From NCBI GenBank assembly GCA_904420525.1, contig CAJFVT010000101.1, positions 3,546 to 67,545 of the forward strand: a stretch of DNA of 64,000 bases, in the 5' to 3' direction. Shown here in pieces: positions 29,623 to 39,567 of the stretch; positions within the stretch are counted from its first letter, which is position 1; every line of letters starts with the position of its first letter. This stretch comes from an uncultured Clostridia bacterium. GTDB taxonomy: Bacteria > Bacillota > Clostridia > UBA1381. Under the pieces are notes generated by a model that did no database searches, was not told the DNA's origin, and worked only from the letters and a program-made list of their open reading frames with translations. Position numbers and translations under genes: made by a program.

Positions 29623-32148
29623 GTGAATATCAAATACATTTTAGCCGTATGCTCAGCAGCTGTCGTTTTAGCTGTACCGGCAGCTGCAGGAGCAGTGGAG
29701 CCGGCCGACCTCTTATTCACTCAGGAACAGGGAGGAAAATACATCTACTGCAATAACCACGAGCTGATACGAAGCGTAGATCTTGCCGACAACTCTAACA
29801 GAGACCCCAAATACATAATGAACAATGAAGGACTGACTCCGGACAAATACGCGCTGTTCGCTTCGTTTCTGAACCGTACTGACATCACCTCCAACACGAA
29901 CGCCGAAAGCTTTGCAGCTCCCTCGCGCGGCTTTGATATCGAGCTTGACGTTATGTTCAAGGCTCAGGAGGATACGGTAATAACACTTGAACGTCTCGGC
30001 TTTGAGGTGCCGGAGCACCGCTCGTTCATACTCAATGATATCCAATACACGGCTGAGGATGAATGGGGATGCTTCTATTGCTGGTCATCATATCTTGGCA
30101 TGCCGATACGGCAGCTCAATTCCGGCAACACATATTATGATGCACCTATAAATGAAACCACATTTGAAATAAAAGCCGGCGAAACAGTATGGCTCTCAGA
30201 CTTTATTGATAACTACAGGGAGATACCGTTTTGCCGTTCAGTCAACATAATGACCGATTTTACGATCGATGAAGGAGTTTGCGATGTAAATATACTTGCT
30301 GTACGCTCAAACGGTACTCTGCGCGACCGCTCAAATGTGAACCGCTCTCCAAGCTACGGGAGTTATTACCGCGACAAGCAGTACAAGGGCATTTCAGATG
30401 GTCTTAACGAGGTAACAGCTGAGCTTGAGTATACCATCAGCGATGACGATCCCGGTATGATACTTCCGGTGACTGTATACAATCAATACAAGCCAGACGG
30501 CAATACTCTTGAAAAATGGTATACACATCTCAATCCCCGCGCGGATCAATGGTCATATGAGCTTTGCGCTGAATCGGATATGCTCTCTTTCACATATTAT
30601 GATCCGATGAAGAACTACTACTACGGCTCCGGTGTTCCCGATGATGAGCGCAGTCCATACTATATATTCGACACCAAGCACGCTGATACCTCGGAATACG
30701 ACAAAAGCTACGGCAGCAGCTCATCATATATTCCCAACCGCGAGCTTACAGAAGAAGACGGTACTGATCTGGCATGCAATCTCGGCAACTACGGAGTTAT
30801 ATACAACTATAAGATCAAGGTGACCAATACCGGCAACAAGCAGCGATATCTGACCTACTGTCTAGCGACCTCGTCAAACAACGTGGTATATCTTAAGGAC
30901 AGCGAAGGAAATATTATAAACGGCTATGCACTGTGCAAGGGTACACGCACTGAACGTGTCTCGGATAACATGGCATGCATGACCATACCCGCGCAGACCA
31001 CCTCTGAATACACAGTCTGCGTTATACTGACTCCTAACTATTCAGGCGGTATGCAGAACTATCTGCAGCTGAGCGACTATCCGCAGATAATCGAGACGTA
31101 TGAAACAGAACGAAGCGGTATCGAAAAGGACCGTTTCTTTACCGGCAGAGAATATTATAAATGGGAAGGGACAACACTTTATCTCAGCAGTGACCGCGAA
31201 AACTGGCGCAGTGTTTCTCTTCCCTCTGAAGTGATAAAAGAGGTCGCTGGAAACGTAAACGAATACTCGCTTACATATGCTGGAGACGGCTATATACTGC
31301 GCCCGGCTCTATATGATGCAGGCGTGTATTCACATGCGGATTCACTGTTTAGAACCGTTTATCTGCTTGATCAAAGCTTTTCTCTAAAGGCCAGCTACAC
31401 CTTTGGCAGCTATCCTCAGGCGGCTGCAGCCGCGAACGGTGTTTATTACGTCAGGACGTCGGGAACGATGTTCCGCTCTACCACTGAGTTCAAATGGTGG
31501 GATATGGTCTACACTCAGCTGCCCTGCTGGAACTACGGCACATACTCCGCGCTCCTGGATGACGGCAAAATAAAGCTTTCCACAGACGGCATTGAATTTG
31601 AAGAAGTTGAATACCTCGGTTTTGAACCCGACTATATAGACTCTTACGGCGCTTACTACTACTTTACCGAAGGCCGCGCGCTTTATCTTTCGGAAAACGG
31701 AGTCTACTGGGAAGGAATCATGGCCTCAGAGAAAGTAAGGACCTTTGAAGTAACAGGCAATAAGCTGATAGTAAACGGTTCCGAGGAGCATGAGCTTCCG
31801 GATTTCGGCTGCAATATAGTTATCAAGTATAATGGAAAATATATAGGCACGGAAAAGGAACCGTTCATAAGCAGTGATCTCACATATGTACCTATACGAG
31901 ATATAGCCGAGTTCATGGGCGCGGATGTGGAATGGAATGATGCTATAATAACTCTCCGATACGGCGGCACTGCCGCGCAGATCGATACAGCAGCTTCCGA
32001 AATAACTGTTGACGGTACGATCTCTGAAACGGCCCCTGTGATAATAGACAACGGCGTCTCTTACGTGCCTCTGCGGGCGGTATCCGAGGCACTTGGATGT
32101 GATGTCGATTATGATGAGGCCGCCCGGCTTGTAACTATAAGCGACTGA
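29623..32148 (+). CDS. large secreted protein, unknown N-terminal region plus two C-terminal copper-amine-oxidase-N-like ('stalk') repeats
   Basis: GTG 29623 with a GGAGG RBS. Signal peptide (..AVPAAAGA). The last ~110 aa carry YVPIRDIAEFMGADVEW.. and YVPLRAVSEALGCDVDY.. repeats. The first ~700 aa match no family I recognise. Confidence 0.8.
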   Translation: MNIKYILAVCSAAVVLAVPAAAGAVEPADLLFTQEQGGKYIYCNNHELIRSVDLADNSNRDPKYIMNNEGLTPDKYALFASFLNRTDITSNTNAESFAAPSRGFDIELDVMFKAQEDTVITLERLGFEVPEHRSFILNDIQYTAEDEWGCFYCWSSYLGMPIRQLNSGNTYYDAPINETTFEIKAGETVWLSDFIDNYREIPFCRSVNIMTDFTIDEGVCDVNILAVRSNGTLRDRSNVNRSPSYGSYYRDKQYKGISDGLNEVTAELEYTISDDDPGMILPVTVYNQYKPDGNTLEKWYTHLNPRADQWSYELCAESDMLSFTYYDPMKNYYYGSGVPDDERSPYYIFDTKHADTSEYDKSYGSSSSYIPNRELTEEDGTDLACNLGNYGVIYNYKIKVTNTGNKQRYLTYCLATSSNNVVYLKDSEGNIINGYALCKGTRTERVSDNMACMTIPAQTTSEYTVCVILTPNYSGGMQNYLQLSDYPQIIETYETERSGIEKDRFFTGREYYKWEGTTLYLSSDRENWRSVSLPSEVIKEVAGNVNEYSLTYAGDGYILRPALYDAGVYSHADSLFRTVYLLDQSFSLKASYTFGSYPQAAAAANGVYYVRTSGTMFRSTTEFKWWDMVYTQLPCWNYGTYSALLDDGKIKLSTDGIEFEEVEYLGFEPDYIDSYGAYYYFTEGRALYLSENGVYWEGIMASEKVRTFEVTGNKLIVNGSEEHELPDFGCNIVIKYNGKYIGTEKEPFISSDLTYVPIRDIAEFMGADVEWNDAIITLRYGGTAAQIDTAASEITVDGTISETAPVIIDNGVSYVPLRAVSEALGCDVDYDEAARLVTISD

Positions 32149-32206
32149 TATTGATCTTAACAGGCGCTGTCTTTAAAACTGAACAATGTATAAAGAAGCA
32201 CTTTAA

Positions 32207-32240
32207 TAGGCTGCCGCATTAACGCGACAGCCTATTTCTA
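32207..32240 (+). terminator. putative terminator
   Basis: TAGGCTGCCGC / GCGACAGCCTA imperfect stem followed by TTTCT (weak U-run). Confidence 0.5.
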
Positions 32241-32361
32241 ACCCATATCTACCGAAAAAAGCGTATTTCATATCAAGATCCCGTTGCAAATTCATCGATC
32301 AGATATGTTCCGTCAGATTGTCTTAAAAGTATAACATAAAACTCTGTTGATGTCTGATTAT

Positions 32362-32401
32362 AAAAAAAACAGGAGAAAAGCTCATAAAGCCTTGCTCCTG
32401 T
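32362..32401 (-). terminator. terminator overlapping the last codons of tcdA
   Basis: ACAGGAG (32369-32375) / CTCCTGT (32395-32401) with an 8-nt U-run on the minus strand. Confidence 0.65.
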
Positions 32402-33083
32402 CCATATTTATAAGATCCTTTATTACCTCTCCCGCTATAAGCAGTCCTGCAGCTGATGGAACAAATGAACAGCTTGCGGGGACTCGCCCAACTCCCTTTT
32501 TGGGCTCCTCTCGTGAATACACTACCTTAAGCGAATCAACGCCTCGCTGCCTGAGTTCACGCCGCATTACTCTCGCCAAAGGGCACACCGAAGTCTTATA
32601 TATATCAGTTACCTCAAGCAGCTCCGGACACAGCTTATTCCCGGTCCCCATTGAGCTTATCACCGGTATGCCAAGTTTTTTTGCACGTGTGATCAATTCA
32701 AGCTTTGCCGATACAGTATCGACTGCGTCAACAATATAATCGCATCCTGACAGATCAAATTCATCTGCATTCTCAGGAAGATAAAACACCTCATGAGCTT
32801 CAACTTTTGTTTCCGGATCTATATCCGATATGCGCTCTCTCATCACCTCAGTTTTGTACCGTCCTATGGTGCTGTGAAGCGCTATTATCTGTCTGTTCAG
32901 GTTTGATATCGATACCCTGTCATTATCAAAAAGCAGAAAGCGGCCTACGCCGCTTCTTGCCAAGGCCTCCGTTGCATAACCGCCGACACCGCCCAGACCA
33001 AAAACAGCCACACAGCTCTTTCTCAGCTGTGCCACCGCTTTCTCTCCCAGCAATGCCGCGGTTCTGGAATACTGCTCCTGCAT
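32382..33083 (-). CDS. tcdA: tRNA threonylcarbamoyladenosine dehydratase (ThiF/MoeB-fold, TcdA/CsdL-like)
   Basis: VAVFGLGGVGGYATEALARSGVG..DNDRVSISNLNRQ. About 230 aa, typical of TcdA. Confidence 0.85.
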   Translation of the reverse strand: MQEQYSRTAALLGEKAVAQLRKSCVAVFGLGGVGGYATEALARSGVGRFLLFDNDRVSISNLNRQIIALHSTIGRYKTEVMRERISDIDPETKVEAHEVFYLPENADEFDLSGCDYIVDAVDTVSAKLELITRAKKLGIPVISSMGTGNKLCPELLEVTDIYKTSVCPLARVMRRELRQRGVDSLKVVYSREEPKKGVGRVPASCSFVPSAAGLLIAGEVIKDLINMDRSKAL

Positions 33084-34408
33084 CAGTTCATTCTATCCTC
33101 ATGTTCTTTTATAAGGTTCACATTTGCTCTCTCTATAGAATTCAGGTTTGAAGCATCATCCTCATAATTATAATTAGGATCAATGCTATACCAGGAACAT
33201 CTGCTGAAATAGCTGCTGAACTCCTGCATCTGGAACTGTCTGCCGTGACGCGCATATATCTCATTTCGGCCAAGCGCCAGGATCTCCTTTGATTTGCCCG
33301 CAAGATCAGACTCAGTGAGCAGTCTGAAACCGGAATTCGGGAATATATAATCACCTGTATAATGAGTTATATCTGTGATCTCATATACGGTATTCCCATT
33401 GTAAACCTCGCTGGTCGGGAATGCGCTCAAGGTCATTGGTCTCCCTTGTATATACGAGGTATAGGAATCAGCGCTCGCATTAGCATAATAGGTATTGCCG
33501 TTATACGTAAACGTCATGTACGTCCTGCCGCTGCCGCTCACTATCTCACCGCCGGTCACAAGAGCCGCGGTAAATCTTCCATCGCTCATTCCGCCTTCCG
33601 CGCTGTAGGATCCGCCGAAGGTCGCATATGAAGTCGTAAGACCTGATGTTCCGCCTGAGGACGAACCGCCGGACGATGTGCTGCCGGACGAGCTTCCGCC
33701 TCCTGAGTTACTGCTGCTTGATGAACCGCCTCTTGACGAGCTGCTGCCTGCGGATGAACCGGATGTCCTTCCGCTGCCTGTCGAGCCGCCCGATGACGAA
33801 GTCCTTCCTCCGGATGTACTTCCTCCGGACTCACTGCCGCCTGTAGACTGCCACGAAACTGCTTCTGTTGCAGCCGGCGCCGGCGATACTGACGCAGCAG
33901 GCGTTATTACCGGAAGAGTCGCTGTTGCTGCAGCTGTTTCCGAGGGTTCTTCCGTAGAAAGAACAACGTTCCCGTCATCTTTATTTCTGAATGTATAAAT
34001 GCCGGCTGCCGCTGCCGCTGCAACACAGACAATTATTATTGATACTATTATAATTTTATTTCTCTTCTGACGTCTGCGCTTTTCCTGTCTGCGCCGCTCT
34101 ATCTCCTCAAGCTGGCTTTGTTTTTCTGCCCGCATACGCTCCATTTGGCGTCTGCGCTTTATCTCATTCTCATCAAAAAGCTCATCTGCGTCATAGCCAT
34201 CATCCTCCGCCTCCTCAGGACCGCTTATATCCGCTTCCTCCGGCACGCTCTCCGGCCGGGCATCAGCAGCCTGCACAGGCGCTTCCTGTTCTGAAGCTGT
34301 GGTCTCCTCCTGCTGCGGCACACTGCCGTTTTCGTCATAAACGGCCCCGCAAAATGGGCACACGCTTACATTATCATCTATATGAGCTCCGCATTCTTTA
34401 CATATCAT
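33083..34408 (-). CDS. zinc-ribbon / TM / Ser-Gly-rich / YARHG-domain protein
   Basis: N-terminal CxxC..CxxC, basic stretch plus TM helix (aa ~118-137), ~70-aa S/G low-complexity segment, C-terminal GRNEIYARHGRQF (YARHG). Its TGA shares one nucleotide with the tcdA ATG (TGATG). Confidence 0.85.
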   Translation of the reverse strand: MICKECGAHIDDNVSVCPFCGAVYDENGSVPQQEETTASEQEAPVQAADARPESVPEEADISGPEEAEDDGYDADELFDENEIKRRRQMERMRAEKQSQLEEIERRRQEKRRRQKRNKIIIVSIIIVCVAAAAAAGIYTFRNKDDGNVVLSTEEPSETAAATATLPVITPAASVSPAPAATEAVSWQSTGGSESGGSTSGGRTSSSGGSTGSGRTSGSSAGSSSSRGGSSSSSNSGGGSSSGSTSSGGSSSGGTSGLTTSYATFGGSYSAEGGMSDGRFTAALVTGGEIVSGSGRTYMTFTYNGNTYYANASADSYTSYIQGRPMTLSAFPTSEVYNGNTVYEITDITHYTGDYIFPNSGFRLLTESDLAGKSKEILALGRNEIYARHGRQFQMQEFSSYFSRCSWYSIDPNYNYEDDASNLNSIERANVNLIKEHEDRMN

Positions 34409-34585
34409 TGTGTATTCCTCCGTATTTTAGCTTATGTATCCGCCTGTTCGATCAGGACTAATGGCATTGCTAACTCCGTAAAATATGATTTTATGATACA
34501 CCCCTGTCTAAACAATTATACCTTTGCACGCTATAATTGTCAATAACATGTGATTTACAGTTGTATTACATTTGTTACACCTGCT

Positions 34586-35158
34586 TTATTCGTCCTCACG
34601 CTTTTCAACTGTAAGCGAATCGAGCTTGGCTATTATATCAAAATTCTTCATTCCAGCATAGTATCCAAGAGTCGAGGCGACAATGGGAACGACCAGCATA
34701 AGTATACCCGCAAACAATGGTATCTGACCTCCGGTATCAGACATAAACCCGAAATACGGAGCAGTCCATATATAAAACAGCACATTTATAATGATCGAAA
34801 ATACATTCGTCATAACTCCATCTACTGCAAACAGTATCCAGTTCAGCCTGAATATAATGATCCATATAAGGATCGCTGCCGAAACAGCGATACCCCAAAG
34901 AACTCCCCACTTCAGCTGCGGCTGAAGCGGCGTATACGGCTTTGCATCGAATACAGCCAATCTTCTCGCTCTGCTGTATATAAAAGCAGCATAAACAAAC
35001 GTAAATATGCCCGCAACTATATACCTGGCAACAGGCTTGTCAAGAAAATACCAGCATGCTATCGATTCAAATACAATAGATATCAGCACTGCCGTTATAT
35101 GCTGCAGCAGCATGCTTCCAAATTGATATTTTCTTGTTATCTCAACAGAATTTCTCAT
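34586..35158 (-). CDS. hypothetical multi-pass membrane protein
   Basis: 190 aa with 5-6 hydrophobic helices. The opposite-strand 249-aa ORF is R/K/Y-rich with no recognisable features. Confidence 0.7.
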   Translation of the reverse strand: MRNSVEITRKYQFGSMLLQHITAVLISIVFESIACWYFLDKPVARYIVAGIFTFVYAAFIYSRARRLAVFDAKPYTPLQPQLKWGVLWGIAVSAAILIWIIIFRLNWILFAVDGVMTNVFSIIINVLFYIWTAPYFGFMSDTGGQIPLFAGILMLVVPIVASTLGYYAGMKNFDIIAKLDSLTVEKREDE

Positions 35159-35180
35159 TTATCATTACCCCTTTTCCTAA

Positions 35181-36383
35181 TCAGCTTTCAGCTGCGCTTT
35201 TTCCTGCTATATATCCTGAGCTCCAAGCCCACTGCAGATTGTATCCGCCGCAGTCGCCGTCAATATCGAGCAGCTCTCCGCATGCGTACAGCCCCTTGAC
35301 GAGCCGTGATTCCATCGTTGCCGGATCAAACTGACCGGTCACTGCTCCGCCCTTTGTTACCTGAGCATTATTCCATGACATAGTACCTTGTATCGAAAAG
35401 CTCCATCCCTTTATAGCTGAAGCCAGATCCCTTATCTCCTGTCCCGAAAGGGTATATGCCGGTCTCGAAAGAGGCACGGCTCCTATAAATTTCAAAAGTG
35501 CCTGACCAACTCTTTTATTAAGCATTCCTGTAAAAAAATCCTCCAGCGGTACATCTTTAAGCAGCTTTACACGTTCATGGAGCATATCATTTATATCCCT
35601 AAAGCTGTACTCAGGCATTATATCTACAAGCAATTGCTTTTCACTGCCGAGCCTTGATGAAAGAGTAAATATCGGCGGGCCTGACAAGCCATAATCTGTG
35701 AACAGCAGCTCACCTTCCGCTTTGTTTTCTCCAAGCCTGACAGACGAATTTATCTTTATCCCTTTCAGCTTTCTTACGATATCCGGAGCCGTTTTTATCT
35801 GGACGAGCGATGGCGAAAGCTCTGTTATTTTGTGCCCTAAGCTTTTGAGTATAGCATATCCGCTCCCATTTGATCCGAGATCCGGAGCTGCCTTGCCGCC
35901 GCAGGCTATTATAACACGGTCTGCGGCACGTTTCCGGCCATCATATCCGATCACTGCAAAGCCGCCGGACCGATCCGCTTCTACAGTCTTCACATCAAAG
36001 GCGCATACAGTGCATACGCCTGAGCTGTCCGCTGCACGTCGCAGAACATCCAATACCGCAGAGGCGGAATCTGAATACGGGTATACCTTCCCATCCTCCT
36101 CTGTCTTTGTCAGTATGCCAAGCTCAGAAAAAAAGTCAAGTGTTTCACTGACCCAAAAATTATTGATCGCATACGACATAAAGCTTGTATCACCGCCGTG
36201 GTAATTTTCAATATCAGCATAAATATTTGTCATATTGCATCTGCCGTTGCCGGTCGCTAGTATCTTTCTCCCTACTCTCTTTCCGCGCTCATATACAGTT
36301 ACCGAATTATCGCTGCGCTTTGCAGCGACCGCAGCAGCAAGCCCTGATGCTCCGCCGCCTATTATAGCAATCTCTTTCACCAT
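35181..36383 (-). CDS. HI0933/BaiN-like NAD(P)/FAD-dependent oxidoreductase
   Basis: IAIIGGGASGLAAA, KILATGNGRCNMTN and a C-terminal GGYNLQWAWSSG block are typical of the HI0933 family. Confidence 0.9.
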   Translation of the reverse strand: MVKEIAIIGGGASGLAAAVAAKRSDNSVTVYERGKRVGRKILATGNGRCNMTNIYADIENYHGGDTSFMSYAINNFWVSETLDFFSELGILTKTEEDGKVYPYSDSASAVLDVLRRAADSSGVCTVCAFDVKTVEADRSGGFAVIGYDGRKRAADRVIIACGGKAAPDLGSNGSGYAILKSLGHKITELSPSLVQIKTAPDIVRKLKGIKINSSVRLGENKAEGELLFTDYGLSGPPIFTLSSRLGSEKQLLVDIMPEYSFRDINDMLHERVKLLKDVPLEDFFTGMLNKRVGQALLKFIGAVPLSRPAYTLSGQEIRDLASAIKGWSFSIQGTMSWNNAQVTKGGAVTGQFDPATMESRLVKGLYACGELLDIDGDCGGYNLQWAWSSGYIAGKSAAES

Positions 36384-36425
36384 ACGCCTCCCTGTGCTGT
36401 ATTTAGACTATGTAACAATATCAGC

Positions 36426-36462
36426 AAAAAAGCCAAACGGGGCTGCTGGTATCAGCAACCCC
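36426..36462 (-). terminator. putative terminator of the SLH gene
   Basis: GGGGCTGCTG / CAGCAACCCC stem (36439-36462), with a U-run a few nt downstream on the minus strand. Confidence 0.6.
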
Positions 36463-36475
36463 GAAAATCGCAGTA

Positions 36476-38305
36476 TTAATCCGCCGCAGGCGTTACTATT
36501 ACAAGTGTTGCAACAAACGCTCCGTTCGTTGTGGCACCGCGGCATTCAACAATGTCGCCGGTATTTATCGTATTCATCTTAAGCGATGAGCCCTCTTCAT
36601 CAATAAATGTCGTGCTATTATCACGGCAGAATATGGTCACAGGGATATCGCTGTCCTCTGACATAACCGATATGAATCCGTATGATGTATTGACCGCTGT
36701 TACGGTGCCGTATACACGTCCGGTCGTTGTTATAGTCGAGGTCGAGCATCTGATCCTTGTCACCGCGTCAGACTGTACCGTAAGCACGAGACTGTCGCCG
36801 ACACGGAAATCATAGAGTGACCCTTCCTCCTCATTTATCGTGATAGTACAATCCTGAGGCACCTGATATGTCTGATCCTTGCCGTCTACCGTTATCGTTA
36901 TCTCCGGCTGGTTCGCAATAGTCACCGACTTAAGTATTCCCGAAACGGTATTGACCGATGAGGTCGCAACCACCTTTGTGATTATACCGTATTCAAGCGT
37001 AAGCGTAACCTTGTCTCCAACGTATACGGATGCCATATCCGATGAATCATTATTTTTTGTAACGCTTACATCTGAAGCTACAGTATATGTTTTGCCGTCA
37101 TATGCGTCATCTGCCGAGCTTATCGTTATAGTAAGATCAGTCTCTCCTATGTCGATAGCCGAAATTGTCGCATTTGAGATCGTTTCTGATTTCTCGCCGC
37201 CGCTGATCGACTGTACCTTGCCATCCGAGACTTCAAGCACGATGCTGTCGCCGCTCTTGAAGCTTCTGATCGTTGCCGGGGAACCCTGGTATGTTATCGG
37301 GACATCCTCAACACACGTATATGTCGAAACAGTTGAAGAATCTCCAACTGTGACTCTTACCTGGATGATACCGCCCACAGTATTATAGCCGTTGAATACA
37401 GCTATGACCTCGGTATCCGATTCCTCGGAAAGCGCGTCAAGCGAAACGAGCTGATCAGCTGAGAACTGGGCTACAGCCGAAACATTGTCAGGTATATCAC
37501 CTATCTGTGCAAGCTCACCCTTGATATACAGGCTCGTATCCTCGGTCACCTCATACGACTGCTCCGAGGATCCGCTGAGCGTCACCGTAGAAGCATCTTC
37601 ATCTACCGCCGTTACACGTACCTTTTCAAATGTATAATCGCATGCCTCTACCGCTCTGGCGAGCATGACGGCTATCTGGCTTCTGGTCACGGTGCCGTCC
37701 GGTGAGAACGAGCCATCGTCCATACCGTTCATTATGCCTTCCTCAGTCACAAAAGCTACGTACTGACGTATATTAGACGATATGCTGCGGGCATCAGTAT
37801 AGTCAAGGGTCACTGAGGATGAGGACGTTGCCTCCCTTTCGCCTCCCATTGCTTTTGTTATTATTACCGCAGCCTCGCCTCTCGTCATAGGCTGATTTTT
37901 TGTTGACCCGGTTATATACGTAGTCAGATCAGCATTGGTAAACGCACCCTTATACAGCATATACGCAAGCTCGTCCTGCCCCCACGAAAGACCGCAGGTG
38001 GAAAGAGCGCTGTCATACTGAGAATGAGCAAGCTCAAGCAGATCCGCATTAGCTTCCTCTCCGCTTCCCATGGAGCGCGCAAAGAGAGCTATACCCTCCA
38101 GCTTCGTCACCTCATTGTCAGGTCTGAACGTACCGTCTTCATAACCGGTTATATAACCAGCATCATACATTTCCTCTATCTGAGGCGCACACCAGCTGTA
38201 TCGCGACTCTGAAATATCTGAAAATGAATATGTATCGGCAAGCGCTGAACCGGACATACATGCCGCTGCCGCCAATGCTGTAAGTGCAAATAAAGTTTTT
38301 TTCAT
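36476..38305 (-). CDS. S-layer-homology (SLH) domain surface protein with tandem beta-rich modules
   Basis: Signal peptide. SLH repeats near the N-terminus (..AGYITGYEDGTFRPDNEVTKLEG.., ..GIMNGMDDGSFSPDGTVTRSQIAVMLAR). The C-terminal ~380 aa are reiterated ~60-70-aa modules. Confidence 0.9.
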   Translation of the reverse strand: MKKTLFALTALAAAACMSGSALADTYSFSDISESRYSWCAPQIEEMYDAGYITGYEDGTFRPDNEVTKLEGIALFARSMGSGEEANADLLELAHSQYDSALSTCGLSWGQDELAYMLYKGAFTNADLTTYITGSTKNQPMTRGEAAVIITKAMGGEREATSSSSVTLDYTDARSISSNIRQYVAFVTEEGIMNGMDDGSFSPDGTVTRSQIAVMLARAVEACDYTFEKVRVTAVDEDASTVTLSGSSEQSYEVTEDTSLYIKGELAQIGDIPDNVSAVAQFSADQLVSLDALSEESDTEVIAVFNGYNTVGGIIQVRVTVGDSSTVSTYTCVEDVPITYQGSPATIRSFKSGDSIVLEVSDGKVQSISGGEKSETISNATISAIDIGETDLTITISSADDAYDGKTYTVASDVSVTKNNDSSDMASVYVGDKVTLTLEYGIITKVVATSSVNTVSGILKSVTIANQPEITITVDGKDQTYQVPQDCTITINEEEGSLYDFRVGDSLVLTVQSDAVTRIRCSTSTITTTGRVYGTVTAVNTSYGFISVMSEDSDIPVTIFCRDNSTTFIDEEGSSLKMNTINTGDIVECRGATTNGAFVATLVIVTPAAD

Positions 38306-38570
38306 GATCATCTTCCTTCCCGCACCGTGACTATAGAAACCCTTATATCCTGTCCGAAAAAATCATAAACCACGGCTGCATTCTTATTTACCTATTTATT
38401 TTATAGTTATAATTATTAAAACTATAACTATTATAACATAGTTTTATTGTTTTAGCAAGACATTTTTGACAAATTTCTCTCGTAAATAGAACCAATTCTG
38501 CAATATTTTTTCCTTATCTTACATTTGATCCTCAGATACATTCCTTTCCTTTACAAAAATATTTATAACC

Positions 38571-38602
38571 AAAAAATACCGCTGTTTAAAGCGGTATTTT
38601 TT
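38571..38602 (-). terminator. Rho-independent terminator (bidirectional shape) ending the marR micro-operon
   Basis: ATACCGC (38576-38582) / GCGGTAT (38591-38597) flanked by A6 and T6. Confidence 0.8.
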
Positions 38603-38726
38603 CAATAATAGAAGGAGTTCAAAACAAAATTGTGTTTTTGACTTATTCATAAGCTCTGCGAACAAGCCGTCAAAGCAATTCGCATAAACTCGAATTGCTT
38701 TGACAGCCAGCCCGCAATAAAGCCTG

Positions 38727-38903
38727 TTATTCTTCTGCCGCAGTCTGAGCGCTCTCCTCATATCTGCACAGCTTTTCGATCACCTGAGCGAACGGCGGAA
38801 ATGCTGCTATCTCTCTCTGCAGTGTCTCCGACGCATATTCAGGGAACTGACTGCTGTCAAGCACTATTTTTCCGCCCGCTGTACGCTTCGTTAATCTATC
38901 CAT
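38727..38903 (-). CDS. small ORF (58 aa), paralogue of the frameshifted ORF at 39568-39736; unknown function
   Basis: Not in the supplied track (below 60 aa). ATG 38903 preceded by TAAGGAGGT. Translation: MDRLTKRTAGGKIVLDSSQFPEYASETLQREIAAFPPFAQVIEKLCRYEESAQTAAEE. About 45-50% identical to the second copy. Confidence 0.65.
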   Translation of the reverse strand: MDRLTKRTAGGKIVLDSSQFPEYASETLQREIAAFPPFAQVIEKLCRYEESAQTAAEE

Positions 38904-38923
38904 AGAATTACCTCCTTAAAGAT

Positions 38924-39403
38924 TCAGCAGCTGACACGGACAGCATTAGACCTCTTCACCATTGCATCGCAAATATTATTCATAAACGAAAACATCGAAT
39001 CAAATTCTTCATCACTTACACCACTGAAAATATCTGAAAAAAATTTATCCATACGCTCTCTCGATACATCAAGCGCTTCCTTACCTTTACCGGTGATCTC
39101 TATCTCAGTGCTGCGCCTGTCACTCCTAACCGACAGCCGCCTTATAAGCTCTCTTTTCTCAAGCTGCTTAAGATATTTCGATATCGCCTGCGGAGACGAT
39201 GGCAGCGCCTTTACAAGATCCGATACAAGCACATGCTCGCGCCCCTCGTCCTTCATCATATCAATACATAAAACTATTGCAAACTCTGGCAGGCACATAT
39301 TTTCCTCTTCACGTCCGCCTTCAAGTACATCTGAAAACCTGATCCTATGCAGTGTCTGCAAAAGCTCTGTGAGCTTTGCAAACTTCTCATCTCTTGAAAT
39401 CAT
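38924..39403 (-). CDS. MarR-family transcriptional regulator
   Basis: 159 aa. Winged-HTH region ..VSDLVKALPSSPQAISKYLKQLEKRELIRRLSVRSDRRSTEIEITGKGKE. Confidence 0.9.
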   Translation of the reverse strand: MISRDEKFAKLTELLQTLHRIRFSDVLEGGREEENMCLPEFAIVLCIDMMKDEGREHVLVSDLVKALPSSPQAISKYLKQLEKRELIRRLSVRSDRRSTEIEITGKGKEALDVSRERMDKFFSDIFSGVSDEEFDSMFSFMNNICDAMVKRSNAVRVSC

Positions 39404-39567
39404 TTAACACACCCCGGCTGTTATAAAAGCCGTACTCCGTCCAATCTGTAATGCGTTCCGAAATCCGCTGTCCAAATCCAGCAGCATACTGAACTGATGC
39501 TATGATATAGAATGTCTGCAATCTTTTAACGCTGCTGAAAGCATTCTTATCACGCTCTGACCAATTT

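Noticed and set aside
33641-33847. Degenerate tandem repeats at the DNA level; considered as a repeat array or CRISPR-like structure
   Set aside because: They lie in frame inside the YARHG protein and encode a Ser/Gly linker. There is no spacer/repeat periodicity and there are no cas genes.
34550-35299. 249-aa plus-strand ORF
   Set aside because: It is antisense to the membrane-protein gene (34586-35158) and to the end of the flavoprotein gene. The product is R/K/Y/C-rich and unlike real proteins, whereas the minus-strand product has clean TM helices.
38519-38761. 80-aa minus-strand ORF downstream of the small ORF
   Set aside because: It runs through a bidirectional terminator (38571-38602) and overlaps the better-supported 58-aa ORF in another frame. 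No RBS.
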